The notes: generated by a model from the letters alone, not told the origin. 64,000 bases of DNA from Paramecium tetraurelia (GCA_000165425.1 CT868659.1:62001-126000), one strand, 5' to 3'; shown: positions 27,100 to 40,438, counted from the stretch's first letter. Numbers and translations are program-made.

Positions 27100-30000
27100 T
27101 ACATAGTAATCATAAAAAGAAATAATTTTGATTGTATATATGAGAATCCATGATCTAAATATTGGGCTATTCAAAATGTAGAGGAATAATGGAAGGAATA
27201 TAATATAGTTGTTGAAAAGTTTTTCGGATTATTAGAAAAAAAAAACCAAAGAAAATAAATCTGATTTATTTACCTAATTATCACAAATGTGAAGGAATTA
27301 CAATTATTAAATAGAAAGAAATAAGTGAAAAGTTGATTGCAAAATAATTCTTAAGCGTTGATAAGATTAGATAATTGAAGGATTTTAAAATAATTAATTG
27401 AAAAAGAAAAGAAAAAGTAACATCAGGTCATATAAATGCAAATTAAAAATTAACGCTGGATTGAAGAGGATATTTAGTATAATTTAGTATCTTTGAAATA
27501 ATTTGATTAATAAGATATTTAATAATCATTACATAGATTGATGAACAAGTCAAGTATCAATTTATAATTTTTTTTAGTTGACAAAATTTTATTATAAGAT
27601 ATTTAAAAATGTGCATAAAGGATGAAATCTATTAACTTTAGTAGCTATTCGATTGAGATGGTTGCTAATACATTAGTTTCATGTATTGCTCAGCTCAAGA
27701 ATGAAAAGCCAAGATATTCAGTAAATTCAACTTCATACTAAGGTATTATTAAGTTTTTTTGGAAGGCAAACTATTTTTTTGCATTTGCCTCTTAATATTA
27801 CTAGCGACATAAAGTTGGATAGTCTGAACATGTAGAAGTAAGTTTAGAATAATAAAAGGAACCACTCTTACATTCATAAGGTAAGGATTGCAGAATTTCT
27901 TGTTAAATCAATGTAACATCGAAGAGTCGCTCAATATTCAAACTATTCAGCACTTAAACATAATTCAAAATGCTCAGTTTCCAAAAAAGGAAATTATAAA
28001 TAATAGAATTAAGCAATAAATTCGTTATAAACTAGTATTTTGATTGCTCTTATTATGATCATTACTTGATCTTAGTAGAATTACATTTAATTATTATAGT
28101 GTTGGAGACAAAATGGTTATTAACATGCAGGATGTTTTGCATTAAAGCATACTCCATCAGAATAATTTGCGCAAACCCTTCAATCACCACATATAATAAA
28201 GGGGATGAAAAATCTCAGTTGCTCTCTTCAAACACTTAAATACTTCACTAATGAATGGAGGACATAAGTGACATTTGTGAGTCAGGATTGGACACCAACA
28301 ACTATGATAAATTAAATTGGAAATTAACTCAATATTTAATTATTCAAACTTTATTAAAAAGATTACAGATCCAGATCATTTAATTATGTACATAAACAAA
28401 GCAATTTAAGAGATTAATAATGATTACTTTAGCTTGTTTCAATTTTTCTACTACAATAAGCATGTGACCTATTAAGGAATTTTCTTGGTTTAAATATAAC
28501 TAGTTAAACTTAAAATAAAGCTTATAATACTGAAAATAAAAGTGGAGATATACGAATTGGTTGTTTTTTAATGATACTAGATATAATATTAGTTATTTAA
28601 TGAAGAATATCATAGTGTCCTTGTGATTGTTTATATTAGATACAAAACCTTCGACAATTTGTAAAGTTGGATGCTACCTAAATTCTAATACTAGTTCATG
28701 TTATGTTAATATCGCTAATGTTTATCGTATGTATAAATTCATTAACTCCATACTTTTCCATTTAGACTTATTTATTTAATATGAATGATTTATACAAACC
28801 AAAAAATTACTGTTTTTTACTTTCCATTTTTGGATACTTGATAGATTGAAGCTAATTTATAACAATAGTTGTGGATACTATTGTGATAGAAAATTAAGTC
28901 AAATAATGCCTACCTTTTTACTATCAAGTTGCAATTCCACAGTTTAACAAATCCATTACTAAAGATGAAAGTACAGAAAGGATTACTGCAATTGTAAGAG
29001 GGTAAACATACATAAATCCATTTATAAAGTAAGCACTGAAATAACTAAGACAAATGTCTACAATACCACACGCCTCCTGGATTATTACATTAGCAACACA
29101 TATTATGACAAGATAAATAGAAATAATAGACAAGGAGAAGAGTATTGTGATATCAAAAAGGGAGCGACAAACAGTAAATTTTTACAATTGAGGTCATTAT
29201 TGATGATACACAATTTGGATACTATTGAGAATGTAATAAAAAGGAAATGATCTTTTTATATTATTGGATTATCTTTATAGTAGGATTAGAATAGAAAATT
29301 ACTATTAGGAAATTATATGTGAACTTTATACGATTTAGGAAGTTGTGTTTAGTATTGCAATGACTAGTTTAGTTTAATTTAATTAAAATAGATTAGTTCT
29401 CATTCTAAATTATGTTTGGGTATAAATATTATTATCATTTTTTCAGATAAAATAAAATTAAGAATATTTGATTGTATCTTAATTATTAGTTAGAATTGAA
29501 TCTTGCTAAGCTTTTAATATTACTACAACAACAACAAATCAAATTAAATATTGGGTAAATATTATAACAAATTCCTCAACTAATGATAGACTTAATTGTT
29601 GGTATTGTTCATTTATTCATCCATTTCCAAAATTGAAATTAATTTGAGCAAATTACATGAGTTAGATATATTATATAGAGAAAATATGGCAATACTTTAT
29701 GAGAAAAAAATTTATCAAGTATTGAATCAATATATTTAGATAATAATAATTGATGCTTATCATTCATAGGTAGCAGATGCTTTTAAACTAGTCTTAAAAT
29801 AAAATCAACCCTTAGCTAGACTTACTACAAAATAATATCTCTGTTTCATTGAAAGCCATTCTTAATCTTCAGATCGTAATTTATCTTAAAATATTGTTAC
29901 AATTCAAACGTTTTTATAAATTATATAATATTATAGTAACATTACTCACACTAATATTGCTAATTAATGAATTTAAAAAATGAAAAAGTAGATAATAATA

Positions 30001-30300
30001 TAATAATATTGAGAGATAATAGCAATCAAAATTGAAATTTTCACTAATGAAATTAGGAGGTATTTCAAACTTCAATGGTTTTTAAATTAAGGAATGCATA
30101 ATCAAACGTCATAATTTTTTTCAAATTAGTGCCATCAATAAAAACAAAATGATGATTATTTAATATATAATTTAAAAATGATCGAAAAATTATTGATTAT
30201 ATTAAAAGAATTAAGGGTAAGCAAGGACATGCAGACTAGGAATATATATTGGAAGTAACTCAACTTAAATTTTCTACTAAGAAGAGAAGTATAAAAATAC
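27100..30300 (+). pseudogene. About 3 kb of degenerate coding-like sequence (one or more decayed genes)
   Basis: Protein-like segments (e.g. KKITDPDHLIMYINKAIQEINNDYF; QVAIPQFNKSITKDESTERITAIVRG) switch frame and are cut by TGA; no clean ATG-to-TGA model found; boundaries approximate. Confidence 0.4.
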
Positions 30301-30321
30301 AATAAATAGTTTCGTAAATAT

Positions 30322-33300
30322 TCAGTATAATACACATTTTTCAGGATTCTTTTATTTTAATTCAATATTGTTTTCAAAAATGAAACTCCCTTTAGATTAG
30401 AATAATGATTTTAGATTCCGGCCTTAATAATTTACTAATTCTCCTTTCAAGATTAAAGTTCCTAAAGCTTCCAAAATTGGATTTTAACATATTCTAAGTA
30501 TTGTACCATCAATACGAGCTAAATATTATGATAATTAAATACTAGTTAATAAAAAGGATGAACTTTAATGTGGCATTTAAAACTATGAATGTAGGTCTTT
30601 GTAAAAGTTATCTTGAAGTAAAATCTCCTTTGCAGTTTTAACGTCCCAAAGACGAATAGAGTTATCTCTACTGGCTGATGCTAATGTAGTACTATCAGGA
30701 GAGAAACAGACTGATTTAACATAATGGGAATGACCATCGAATTTTGCTATTTATTATCTTGTCTTAACATCCCATAAACGTATAGAGTTATCTGAACCAC
30801 CAGATGCTAATGTAGTGCCATCAGGGGAGAAATTGACTGAATAAACATAACCTGTATGACCATCTAATTTAGCTTTTTATTATCCTGTCTAAACATCCCA
30901 AAAACGGATGGAGTTATCAACACTACCAGATGCTAATGTAGTACCATCAGGGGAGAAATTGACTGAATAAATATAACCTGAATGACCATCTAATTTAGCT
31001 TTTTATTGTCCTGTCTAAACATCCCAAAAACGGATAGAGCTATCTCTACTACCAGATGCTAATGTAGTACCATCAGGAGAGAAATTGACTGAAGTAACAA
31101 TTGATAAATGACCATCTAGTTTGACATATTATTATCCTGTCTTAACATCCCATAAACGGACAGATTTATCTACACTACCAGATGTTATTTTATTACTATC
31201 AGGGGAGAAATTGACTGATATAATTCCATTTGAATGACCATATATTTTGGCTATTTATTATCCTGTCTTAGCATCCCACAAACGAATAGAGTTATCTGCG
31301 CTACCGGATGCTAACATAGTACCATCAGGTGAGAAATTGACCGAATAAACATCACTTGAATGACCTTCTAACTTGGCTTTCTATTCTCCTGTTTTAACAT
31401 TCCATAAACGTATAGAGTTATCTGAACTACCCGATGCTAATGTAGTACCATCAGGAGAGAAACAAATTTAATTTACACAACTTAAATGACCATATAATTT
31501 AGAATTTTATTATCCTGTTTAACCATCCCACAAACGGATAGAATTATCAACGCTACCAAGATGCTAATATCGTACCATCAGGAGAGAAATTGACTGATCT
31601 AACATCACTTGAATGACCATCTAATTTACCTTTTAATTACCCAGTCTTAACATCCCATAACCGGATAGAACTATCTACACTACCAGATGCTAATGTAGTA
31701 CCATCAGGAGAGAAATTAATTGAATAAACATAACCTAGATGACCATCTAATTTGGCTCTTTATTACCCAGTCTTAACATCCCATAAACAGATAGAGTTAT
31801 CTCTACCACCAGATGCTAATGTAGTACCATCAAGGGAGAAAATAACTGAATATACCCAATTTGAATGGCCATCTAATTTGTCTCTTTATTAACCAGTCTT
31901 AACATCCCATAAACGGATAGAGTTATCTACACTGCCAGATGCTAATGTAGTACCATCAGGAGAGAAAATGACTGAATATACCCAATTTAAATGACCATCT
32001 AATTTGTCTTTTTATTATCCTGTCTTAACATCCCATAAACGGATAGACTTATCTCTGCTACCAGATGCTAATGTAGTACCATCAGGAGAGAAATTGACTG
32101 AATAAACAGTTGATGAGTGACCATCTAATTTGGCTTTTAATTATCCTGTCTTAACATTCCATAAACGGATAGAGTTATCCTCACTACCAGATGCTAATGT
32201 AGTACCATCAGGAGAGAAATTGACTGACATGACATAATGTGAATGACCATCTATTTTGGCTATTTATTATCCTGTTTTAACATCCCATAGACGAATAGAG
32301 ATATCATCACTACCAGATGCTAATGTAGTTCCATCAGGAGAAAAACAAAGTGTATTAATAGTTCCCGAATGACCATTTAATTTATTTAACTCATGTATTT
32401 TGATATTCTTCCATTTACAATTAAACAAGGACGCTTAATTTAAGTTCACACCACTAATATCAACGTTATCAAATTCTGATCCATTGAAATTGCATCTCAC
32501 AAAATTTCCACCTACTATAGAAGTGTCTCTTATCCTAATATTTTCAAAGTTTTATTTCCTCAAATCCACCTTCATTTCAACTAATAAATGGAGTGAATTA
32601 GATCCACATTAGAGAAATCTCTTATCAATAGCTGTAAGGTGTACTAAGAATTTCAAAAATTCACTAATGTGCTAATCATAAGATATTTGTTTAATCAAAT
32701 CCTTTCTAATTTATTCATAGTTCTCAGTTGAATAATTTTCCTTATTAAAGTCTATTTCGCTAATATTATACATCAAATTAGTGATAAATTGAAATAGAGT
32801 TTAATCTTGACTTTTTTCAGAAAAGAATTCTAAAAAATTTGTAATTTTCTCTTTTTTCAACATCAAAATTAATTAATTAAGGAAGTATCCATCAATATTC
32901 TTCGTCTAAGTTAATACCTGATACAAATCTTACTTTCCATTATAAATTTACACTATTTCCTTATTTGATTGAATGTTTTCAAAGGAATTATCTGTTTTTT
33001 ATATTATTTACCTAATTTCTTTCATTTCTTTATTCAGCTTTTAGCAAAAACCCTTCATTTCCATTTCCCAATAATTCTTTTTCATTTCCAACCTCTTCAG
33101 CTAAGAATTTTTCTCAATATTCCAATCCTCTAAAGCATTTCCTATAATAATTTAGACTAATTTTTCTAATTAAGTATAGGATAATTCAGATGGATTCACA
33201 TTGTTGTTAAAGTAATTCAAATAAGATTTATCTTCCATCTCAATCAAATCATATATCTGTTTTATTGATTCTGCTAATTCATCCCAAATTTATTTTAACA

Positions 33301-33550
33301 TTTTTAGAGCTGAAGCAAGCATTTTCTTAAAATTCATTCTTTATATTGTTAATTCAGATGTTGAATTGAGGTAAGATCCTTGAAATTTCTTCTTCCTTAT
33401 ATCTTCAAAAATTTCTATTGGCACAGTATATTTCTAATCAACTCCATGTCCATATTAGCATTAAGCACACAATTTTCTTTAACATTAACAATTGTGAGGA
33501 GCTATGCAAATGAATGACACTTGATTTTGAATATGTTATGTGCAATTCAT
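30322..33550 (-). CDS. Paramecium-type WD40 protein: Cys/His N-terminus, helical region, pentapeptide repeats, 14 WD40 repeats, C-terminal CVLY; +1 insertion in repeat 7
   Basis: [31 protein letters not shown]; pentapeptide tract [32 protein letters not shown]; repeats [42 protein letters not shown]; ends KNPEKCVLY*. Confidence 0.9.
30640..32380. repeat. Tandem array of 14 x 126-nt WD40-coding repeats
   Basis: Anchor G of gatGctaat (gatGttatt at 31184) recurs at 30680, 30806, 30932, 31058, 31184, 31310, 31436, 31563, 31689, 31815, 31941, 32067, 32193, 32319: spacing 126 except one 127. Confidence 0.97.
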
Positions 33551-34388
33551 ACCTTTTTTTAAAATTTAATCGAAAATTTCTATTACTTTATTTTGAGTTT
33601 TCTACTCTAGACGAAATGTATGCATATTAGTTGATGTTACAAATTAGTTAACTATTTTCAAGAATTTTAATAGACTTATTATCAAAATCTTTTTTACTAG
33701 AAAGAAAATCACCAACCCTAAACCACTTATGATTTTTCTCTTTTATTTTTTCTCTAATAACTCTCATAAAGAATACAAACCAAATATTTAGAGATAATTT
33801 TGTGCAAAATTCAAGATATAAGTAGTTTTCATTTAAAATTCATATTAAGTACTTGAAAAGTACATTTAGATGTGAAGATTAATTTTAAGATGATCTCTTT
33901 TTATTTAAGTATGTTAAATTTTTTAGTACTTATCAAATTTCTTTATATATTTATAATATTGATAAGAAATTTTCTACAAATATTATTTTTTAATTTCTTT
34001 TTATTTCATATTACTTTTCTATCCATATATTTTCTCAAAAATTTAATTGAATTTCTATCTTTAAATATTTTATTATTTTATGAAAATTTCTACTTATATT
34101 TTCTAAATAATTTTATTAAATTTCTTAAACTTCTGAATTTTCGAAGCAATAATTAGGCTCATTTTTTAACTTTGAATCTAAAATTCCTTGACTATCCTAA
34201 TAATGAAGTATGATGCCTTTGATCTAGAATCATTTTTCTATATAAAATGAATATTTTATCATTCCCTATTGATAAGTCGTTCTCATAGCAAAGAAAATCA
34301 ATTTTATAAAAATGTGAAAATACTTTCTATATATAAAATAATTTATACCAATTTATGACTTTGTATTTTGAATTTAAAATTAATAATT

Positions 34389-34867
34389 ATGCAGTCCTCC
34401 TATTAAATATCTTATTAAGTTCAGGATCAGATTTTTTGATCCTTTATCATAAATAACATCGTCTATCCTAACAATGAGTTAAAATTAAAAAATTCAAATT
34501 ATCTTAGTTAAATTTTGTTAATAATCTATCCACTATTTTATATCTTTTTAGAATAACATATTAAGATCCAACTAAAGAATTAGAATTATCAAAGCTCTCA
34601 TTTTGAAAGAACATATATATTAAAATTAATCTCAGATTTCTCGATAGGGCAAAATCTGATTCTAACTCTTAGAAAATCATCAATATGATTGAGTATTATA
34701 TTCATGCTTTTCCTATTGATAATTACCATTCTACCTTAATATTCCTTTGAATTTAGAGTTCCAAAAATGTGAATGTAGATTCTCACAAAAATACTAATTT
34801 GATTTTTTAACCTGCAGATGAATAATATATTAAAATAGATTAGAAGAGGATAAAATACATATCATGA
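34389..34867 (+). pseudogene. Short decayed gene remnant
   Basis: ATG CAG TCC TCC... with in-frame TGA at ~34437 and ~34748, in otherwise protein-like sequence ending at TGA 34865-34867. Confidence 0.35.
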
Positions 34868-34870
34868 ATT

Positions 34871-35245
34871 TCATTTTACAATCCTCTCTAAACAAACCTT
34901 AAAATTTTCAAAATCTTACTACTCTTAGAACCATATATTGAAAACCTTTTATTACTCATCTTAAAAGTTAAAATAAAACCATTATGTGCCTTTATTCAAC
35001 TCAAATGTTAATCCCTTTCTGATTGTCCGTATGAAGTCTTACGTTGAGTTTTAATTAAGAATAATGAAGACACATTAATCAGTTAATTTTATTAGAAAGA
35101 AAGGACCTTGAAATCCTGCCTGATGCCACAATTAAGTGCACTTGTCAAACTCATTTAAACTAGTAAACTTGCCAGTATACAAAATCTATTCCAAGTTTGG
35201 GAACAATCTCTTTAAATATGAGAAATTAAGTTGATCTCGTTACAT
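34871..35245 (-). CDS. DCP1: DCP1-like mRNA decapping activator (EVH1 domain only, 124 aa)
   Basis: MQRDQLNFSYLKRLFPNLEQILYTGKFTSLNEFDKCTQLWHQAGFQGPFFLIK...FIILNQNSTQDF...VFNIWFQEQQDFENF matches the Dcp1 EVH1 pattern; missed by the ORF track. Confidence 0.75.
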
Positions 35246-35272
35246 TAAATAAATATATATATATATTAATAT

Positions 35273-35950
35273 TCATTTGCTTCTTTAATTACCTAACAAT
35301 TTACTTAAGAAAATTTCTGCATCTTTCTTTACTTCTTATTCTCTATTATGAATTTCTTAAGCACTTTTCGAGAAACTTTGAAGTCCTGCTGCACAACAAT
35401 ACATTTGCATATTCAGGAAATGCTTCCACATTGAACAAAATTCTTGATTTTTCTCATTAATATAAATTTAATATTAAGTATTAAGTGTTTATCCAGCCAA
35501 CATTTTCTCCTTCTTTGCTTGTTCATAAGCTTGATATGTTTCCTTTTATTTTGCAGGCTCTGTATTCTTTCTTTTTTAATCCCTATCAGCTTCAATCGCT
35601 GTCTTAGCTTTATAATCATCCAACAATTTCTACTTAGTCTTTATTTGTTCTAGCTGACCATTCAAACTTAATATAATTTTACTCTTAATCAAGTCAACAT
35701 ATTCCATATTCTTTTTCTGACCTACACTCATTGACTCTGCTACCAGTGAAACTACTTCTGCTAATTTTGGTATTTCTGAACTCAGTTATTTTTGAATCTT
35801 TTTCAAACATTCGATCAATTCCTTATTAGCTTAATCCACTTTTTCCAGGGCTTGAGCTAGCAAATTAAAAAATCCACTAAGATCTTCAAATGCCTTCTTA
35901 TCGTTATTCAAACTTAAATTTATCTCTTCATGTTGTATATTTGTAGCCAT
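35273..35950 (-). CDS. All-helical protein, possibly BAR/FAM92-like (225 aa)
   Basis: Intronless code-6 ORF MATNIQHEEINL... with three long amphipathic helices; the fold call is inference. Confidence 0.65.
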
Positions 35951-36466
35951 TCCTCGTGCAAATAAATAATAATTATATTATAAAATTCTATAATTATTGT
36001 TATTATTTTAAGAACTCTCTAATAATCTTTGAAATGGTAATGCATAAGATTGACTTTCATGGTATTTTGTTTTGAAAGTCAGATTTCAACGAAATGTTAT
36101 CTCCCCTATGATTTTCATATTTCACAATAGAGTTTACTCTTTATTGTAAGTTTTCATTTTAAGATAAAGAATCTAAATAAGTACAATTAAGAATAAACTC
36201 TGTCAAAACTTCAGATTGATAACAAATTATAAATTTAACAAAACTTTATAAAATTAATTTTATATTGAATATTAAAATATAACTCGAATGATATAGATAT
36301 GATTCTATTTTTAGATTCTAATTTATCCAGCAATAAGAATGTAAAAATATAATCTGAATTTTATTCTCAAATGATATACAATTATATATTAGACATAATT
36401 TACATAATTATTTATGGTAATTAATCAGAAATGACGAAGTTTTTAAATTGCTATATATATATATTA

Positions 36467-37891
36467 TCAAGTCATAGTTGAAATGAAAGGGTTTTCCATA
36501 TTCATTATTTTACACATAAATTCGTTATTTTCAATTTTTATTTACTCAATTCCAATCATATCTACTATTATACTCATTAATTTCTTAAAAAACTATTAAT
36601 TCTATTCAGTATTTTTCTTTATTGGTCCTTTTACAATTATTTCTAGAATGGATTCATTCAGTTAAAGTACCGTAAAGGTGCTCACTTTATAATATTTGCT
36701 TACAGAAATCATTAAAATATAGAGTAACGGTATATTTGTGTAAAAGGCATCAGACTTTAGATTTAATGAAAACAAAGCTGCGTTGTCTCTTAAAATATTC
36801 ATCAATAATGCACTTAACTTATTATAATTAAGACATTGGATTTTAAAGTTAACAATTGATTTTGGTTTTACTAGCAATGCTGCAAGAAGATTCTTTAATG
36901 ATTCCGTATGATAATGTTATCTATCAATCTTCTTTAATTTCTTCAAAATGCCTTTATACAAAAGTGGATACATATTATTCTCAGTATAAGCCTTTTTGGT
37001 AGTAATCTTTAAAATGATCTGTGTATCCATAATCGAATACTTCCAGCATTCTATAAATAAGTGTTAATTTCTATTTTTCCAAAAAGCATTGATTTAAAAA
37101 GAACTCTTAAAATCTTGAATTTTATAATGTAGGAATGTCATGGTGGACATCTTTTATAGGGAAAGCTGAGTTTCTTTCAAGAATTCCAAAGGACTATCAT
37201 GATATTCAGAGTAAAATGATTTGTTTGCGTAGACCACTTTAAATTTATCCCACACGTCATTATAATTGAGGATGACTAAACTCTCTTTAATCAAATCATC
37301 AAAAATGAAATATTGGTTTAGGTTTTTCTCCTTCCATAAAAACTAATACCTTAAACCCTTGATTCTTTAATATTCATTATAACAAGTAAGGATCGTGAAT
37401 AATAAAAAGAGTATGAACATAGGGTTGAATTCCAAAATAGATCTGAAATAAATTCGAGTTGATATGAAAATTGCATAAAAAATAGCATTTTGTACGAGAT
37501 TTTAAGTAATGTTCATATGCAGACCCATCTGAATTGCAGTGTCTTCTATCCAAACAATTTCAGAATCAGCTAGATTCTGTATCCAAAATGGGATAAATTG
37601 CATGATTGATGCTTATAAACTAAATGACAATACTATAGTGCCCACTATTTTATACCATTGCTATCTTATCACTACTTTGTAATAAAAAAAAGTGTATAAA
37701 ATAGTCAAAATGATATATACAATTGATAGCACAATTTAATTTTTTATCATCCAATATACAGCTTGAAACGCATAAGAAATAATTGGTATAATTGTATTAA
37801 TCTTAAAGCCATGCAATATCTACGGTCTTTGGCTTTCTTGATATCTTTCTTCCAATTAGGAATCTGAAAAAATTAATGAAAATTTATTCAT
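36467..37891 (-). CDS. Multi-pass membrane protein of a Paramecium-expanded family (similar layout to 7846-9599)
   Basis: MNKFSLIFSDSQLEERYQESQRP... followed by ~5 TM helices and a cytosolic domain; open to TGA 36467-36469. Confidence 0.7.
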
Positions 37892-38465
37892 AATAATCAA
37901 AATAATATTAAATTTGTATTTTCCTATTCTACCATAAACCTAAAGAACAATATTATATAAAATATGATAATCAATTAATTATTCTAAAATTGAGGAACTT
38001 TCTGTTCTTATTTCATTTTTTCTATTCAACTCAAGTAATATTTAGTGTTTAATTCTATATCAAATGAGAATTAATTACAATATATTTAAACAAATAATTA
38101 GAAGGAGAATGTCTGATTAGATTAAAATAATTTTATAATCAAGTTGAATTATAATTTTAAGAAAGCTTATTTTTAAATATTAGACAATTTTTTGATTTTG
38201 AATTGAAAGGAAATTATTATATTCTTAATATTGGAGTATAAATAGAATGAACGCATTTTTTGTTTATTTCATCCTTCTGATTTTTATAGGTTTAGAATTT
38301 AAATTATATTATTAATAAAGATGTCTTATTTGATCTCTTAATCGTTTTTTAAGGCTTGTTAAATTATTGGGATTGTGGTTTTGTAAGGTTCTTTTGTATT
38401 CTATTAGAATAATAGTATTTATTCGCTTAATACCTCAAATTATAAGGGAATTAATTAATATTAAC

Positions 38466-39197
38466 ATGAGTTCGAAGCGAAAGTAAGTTAAATTGGAGTC
38501 AGAGAAAAAGGTTAAGCAAGAGGAATCAAACTATGAGGATTCATTCAATGAGTCGAATGACGAAGAACCCAAGAGTACTGGGAAACAGAAAACCCGACAT
38601 GACAATTCATTATCTGTGCTCACAAAAAAGTTTGTTGAGTTGATCAGGAATTCTGAAGAGTTGACTATAGATTTGAATGTGGCAGTGAATGATTTAGGAG
38701 TTTAAAAGAGAAGAATTTACGATATTACAAATGTATTAGAGGGAATTGGTTATATTGAGAAAATCTCTAAAAACAAGATTAAATGGGTTGGAGCTACTGA
38801 TGATCCTTAATTGGAAAATGAGCTTCGCTAAATAAAATCAGAATTAGATGCATTGCAAGATGAAGAGAAAACAATTGATTATTGGATAGAGTACTTGCAA
38901 AAGAATTTATAAGAGAAGTTCCAGAGTGATCCAGAAGTGGCTAAGTACACCTTTCTCACTCATGATGACTTTAAAGAATTATCTAAAAGTTAATAGGCTG
39001 ATCACAAAGGAGAGGCGCTTTTTATAATAACAGCGCCAAAAGGAACTTCTGTAGAAACTCCTTAAGAAAACAATCCTGAATACCCCTATTCAGTTTACTT
39101 AAATAGTTCGAAAGTATAAGGATAGAATAACGAAATTTAAGTCTATATTTGTTCTGACGAGAATTACCCAATAGAATATGAGAAGAAGCAAAAATGA
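38466..39197 (+). CDS. E2F: E2F-family transcription factor (243 aa)
   Basis: [17 protein letters not shown]...[33 protein letters not shown]-binding domain, coiled coil, marked-box-like TAPKGT. Confidence 0.95.
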
Positions 39198-39717
39198 CAA
39201 ATATTTAATTTAATATAATTTTATCATAAATTAAGACTAATTTAAACTAAATAAACCTGTTTATTTTTACAATCAATTCCATACTTCCTATAAAGGAAAT
39301 TCAACTTAGTAAAATGTTAGAACTACAACCATTTATATTGTAAGAAATGGAATTTTTATGGTGCTGCATGAGAATATCGAATATTCCTTATATTGAAGAC
39401 ATTTAAATGAAATATTTTAAATTCCAAAAAAAAAGAATTATTATAGAAAATAATTACATAAATTAGTATATTTTGATATCAGAGTAATTGTTCTTAAAAG
39501 AATGGGTATTATATCTAATAATAGAATCCTAATTGAAGTCTAATAAGTATAATGGAGATTGTAATATTATATAGTCCAGACTAGTATTTTTATTGATTAG
39601 ATGAGAATCTTGATTAATAAGATCTTTATGTTTGATGGTTACATTTCATAGGGAATGTAGTCAATTATAGAATGTAAAGATTTTAATTCTTGTTAATGTA
39701 TTGTAATATATGAAAGC

Positions 39718-40438
39718 TCATCTACCCAAAATGTTCTTGGTACCTCTTGCAGCCTTGAAGTCATCACAAGGATGTCTGTAGAATGAGATGATTTTTTTGC
39801 CCCATTAGAATTATGAGACCATGTAACCCTTCAAATTGATATCATCCTTTGAACCTGGAATCCAATTGTGAGTTTCTGTCAATTCTTCTAAGTCTGCTTC
39901 TAATCCTAGGATAGAAATCGTAATCCTCATGAACTAATCATTCAAATTAATTATTGTACTGACATAGCTATTTCTGTCTCCATATTATTCTAAATCTAAT
40001 AAAGCCAAGTGTTGATCCAAATAGTAGTTACTCCAGACTGCACTATGGAATGTGAGTTCATTCTCTAAGTCTTCTAATTCTTTGCTTTGACTAGACACAA
40101 CTTGATGACAGATGCGTTCAACATCAAATTCCCTTTGTAATAAGGTGTCATGTCCTTTTTAAACTTTATCAACCAATCCTTCAGTGGTGATCTACTCTTT
40201 CCAATGATTCCAATCAATTTCCTATTCATCGAAACACAAGCAATACTTGAGCAGCACCTGTTGAAGGTTTTGAATAGAAATTAAACAAAGAACTCAATTA
40301 AGATGCATAAAATCTGCTTTCTAATGTGTTAGCTTTAGCACTCAAAGTTTGCAACCATTTATTGATACGATCAAGATTTGCTGATGGACGAGCAGCAACT
40401 GTCTTGCTTCTTGTTTAATTAACAATTAATCTTCTCAT
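39718..40438 (-). CDS. Mitochondrial ATP synthase subunit d (ciliate type)
   Basis: IDWNHWKEQITTEGLVDKV motif and C-terminus LEELTETHNWIPGSKDDINLKGY...SFYRHPCDDFKAARGTKNILGR, recalled as matching the Tetrahymena subunit d; two short introns. Confidence 0.85.

Noticed and set aside
28150..29200. Vague FERM-like impression in one frame
   Set aside because: Alternative frames look equally protein-like and no motif is convincing
30640..32380. Regularly spaced repeats resembling a CRISPR array or satellite
   Set aside because: 126-nt period with in-frame WD40 translation and no unique spacers; eukaryotic coding repeat
33872..34156. 94-aa hydrophobic ORF from the track (also similar antisense ORFs such as 45040-45273, 51091-51351, 14039-14296)
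   Set aside because: Artefacts of AT-richness or antisense to real code-6 genes; no independent support
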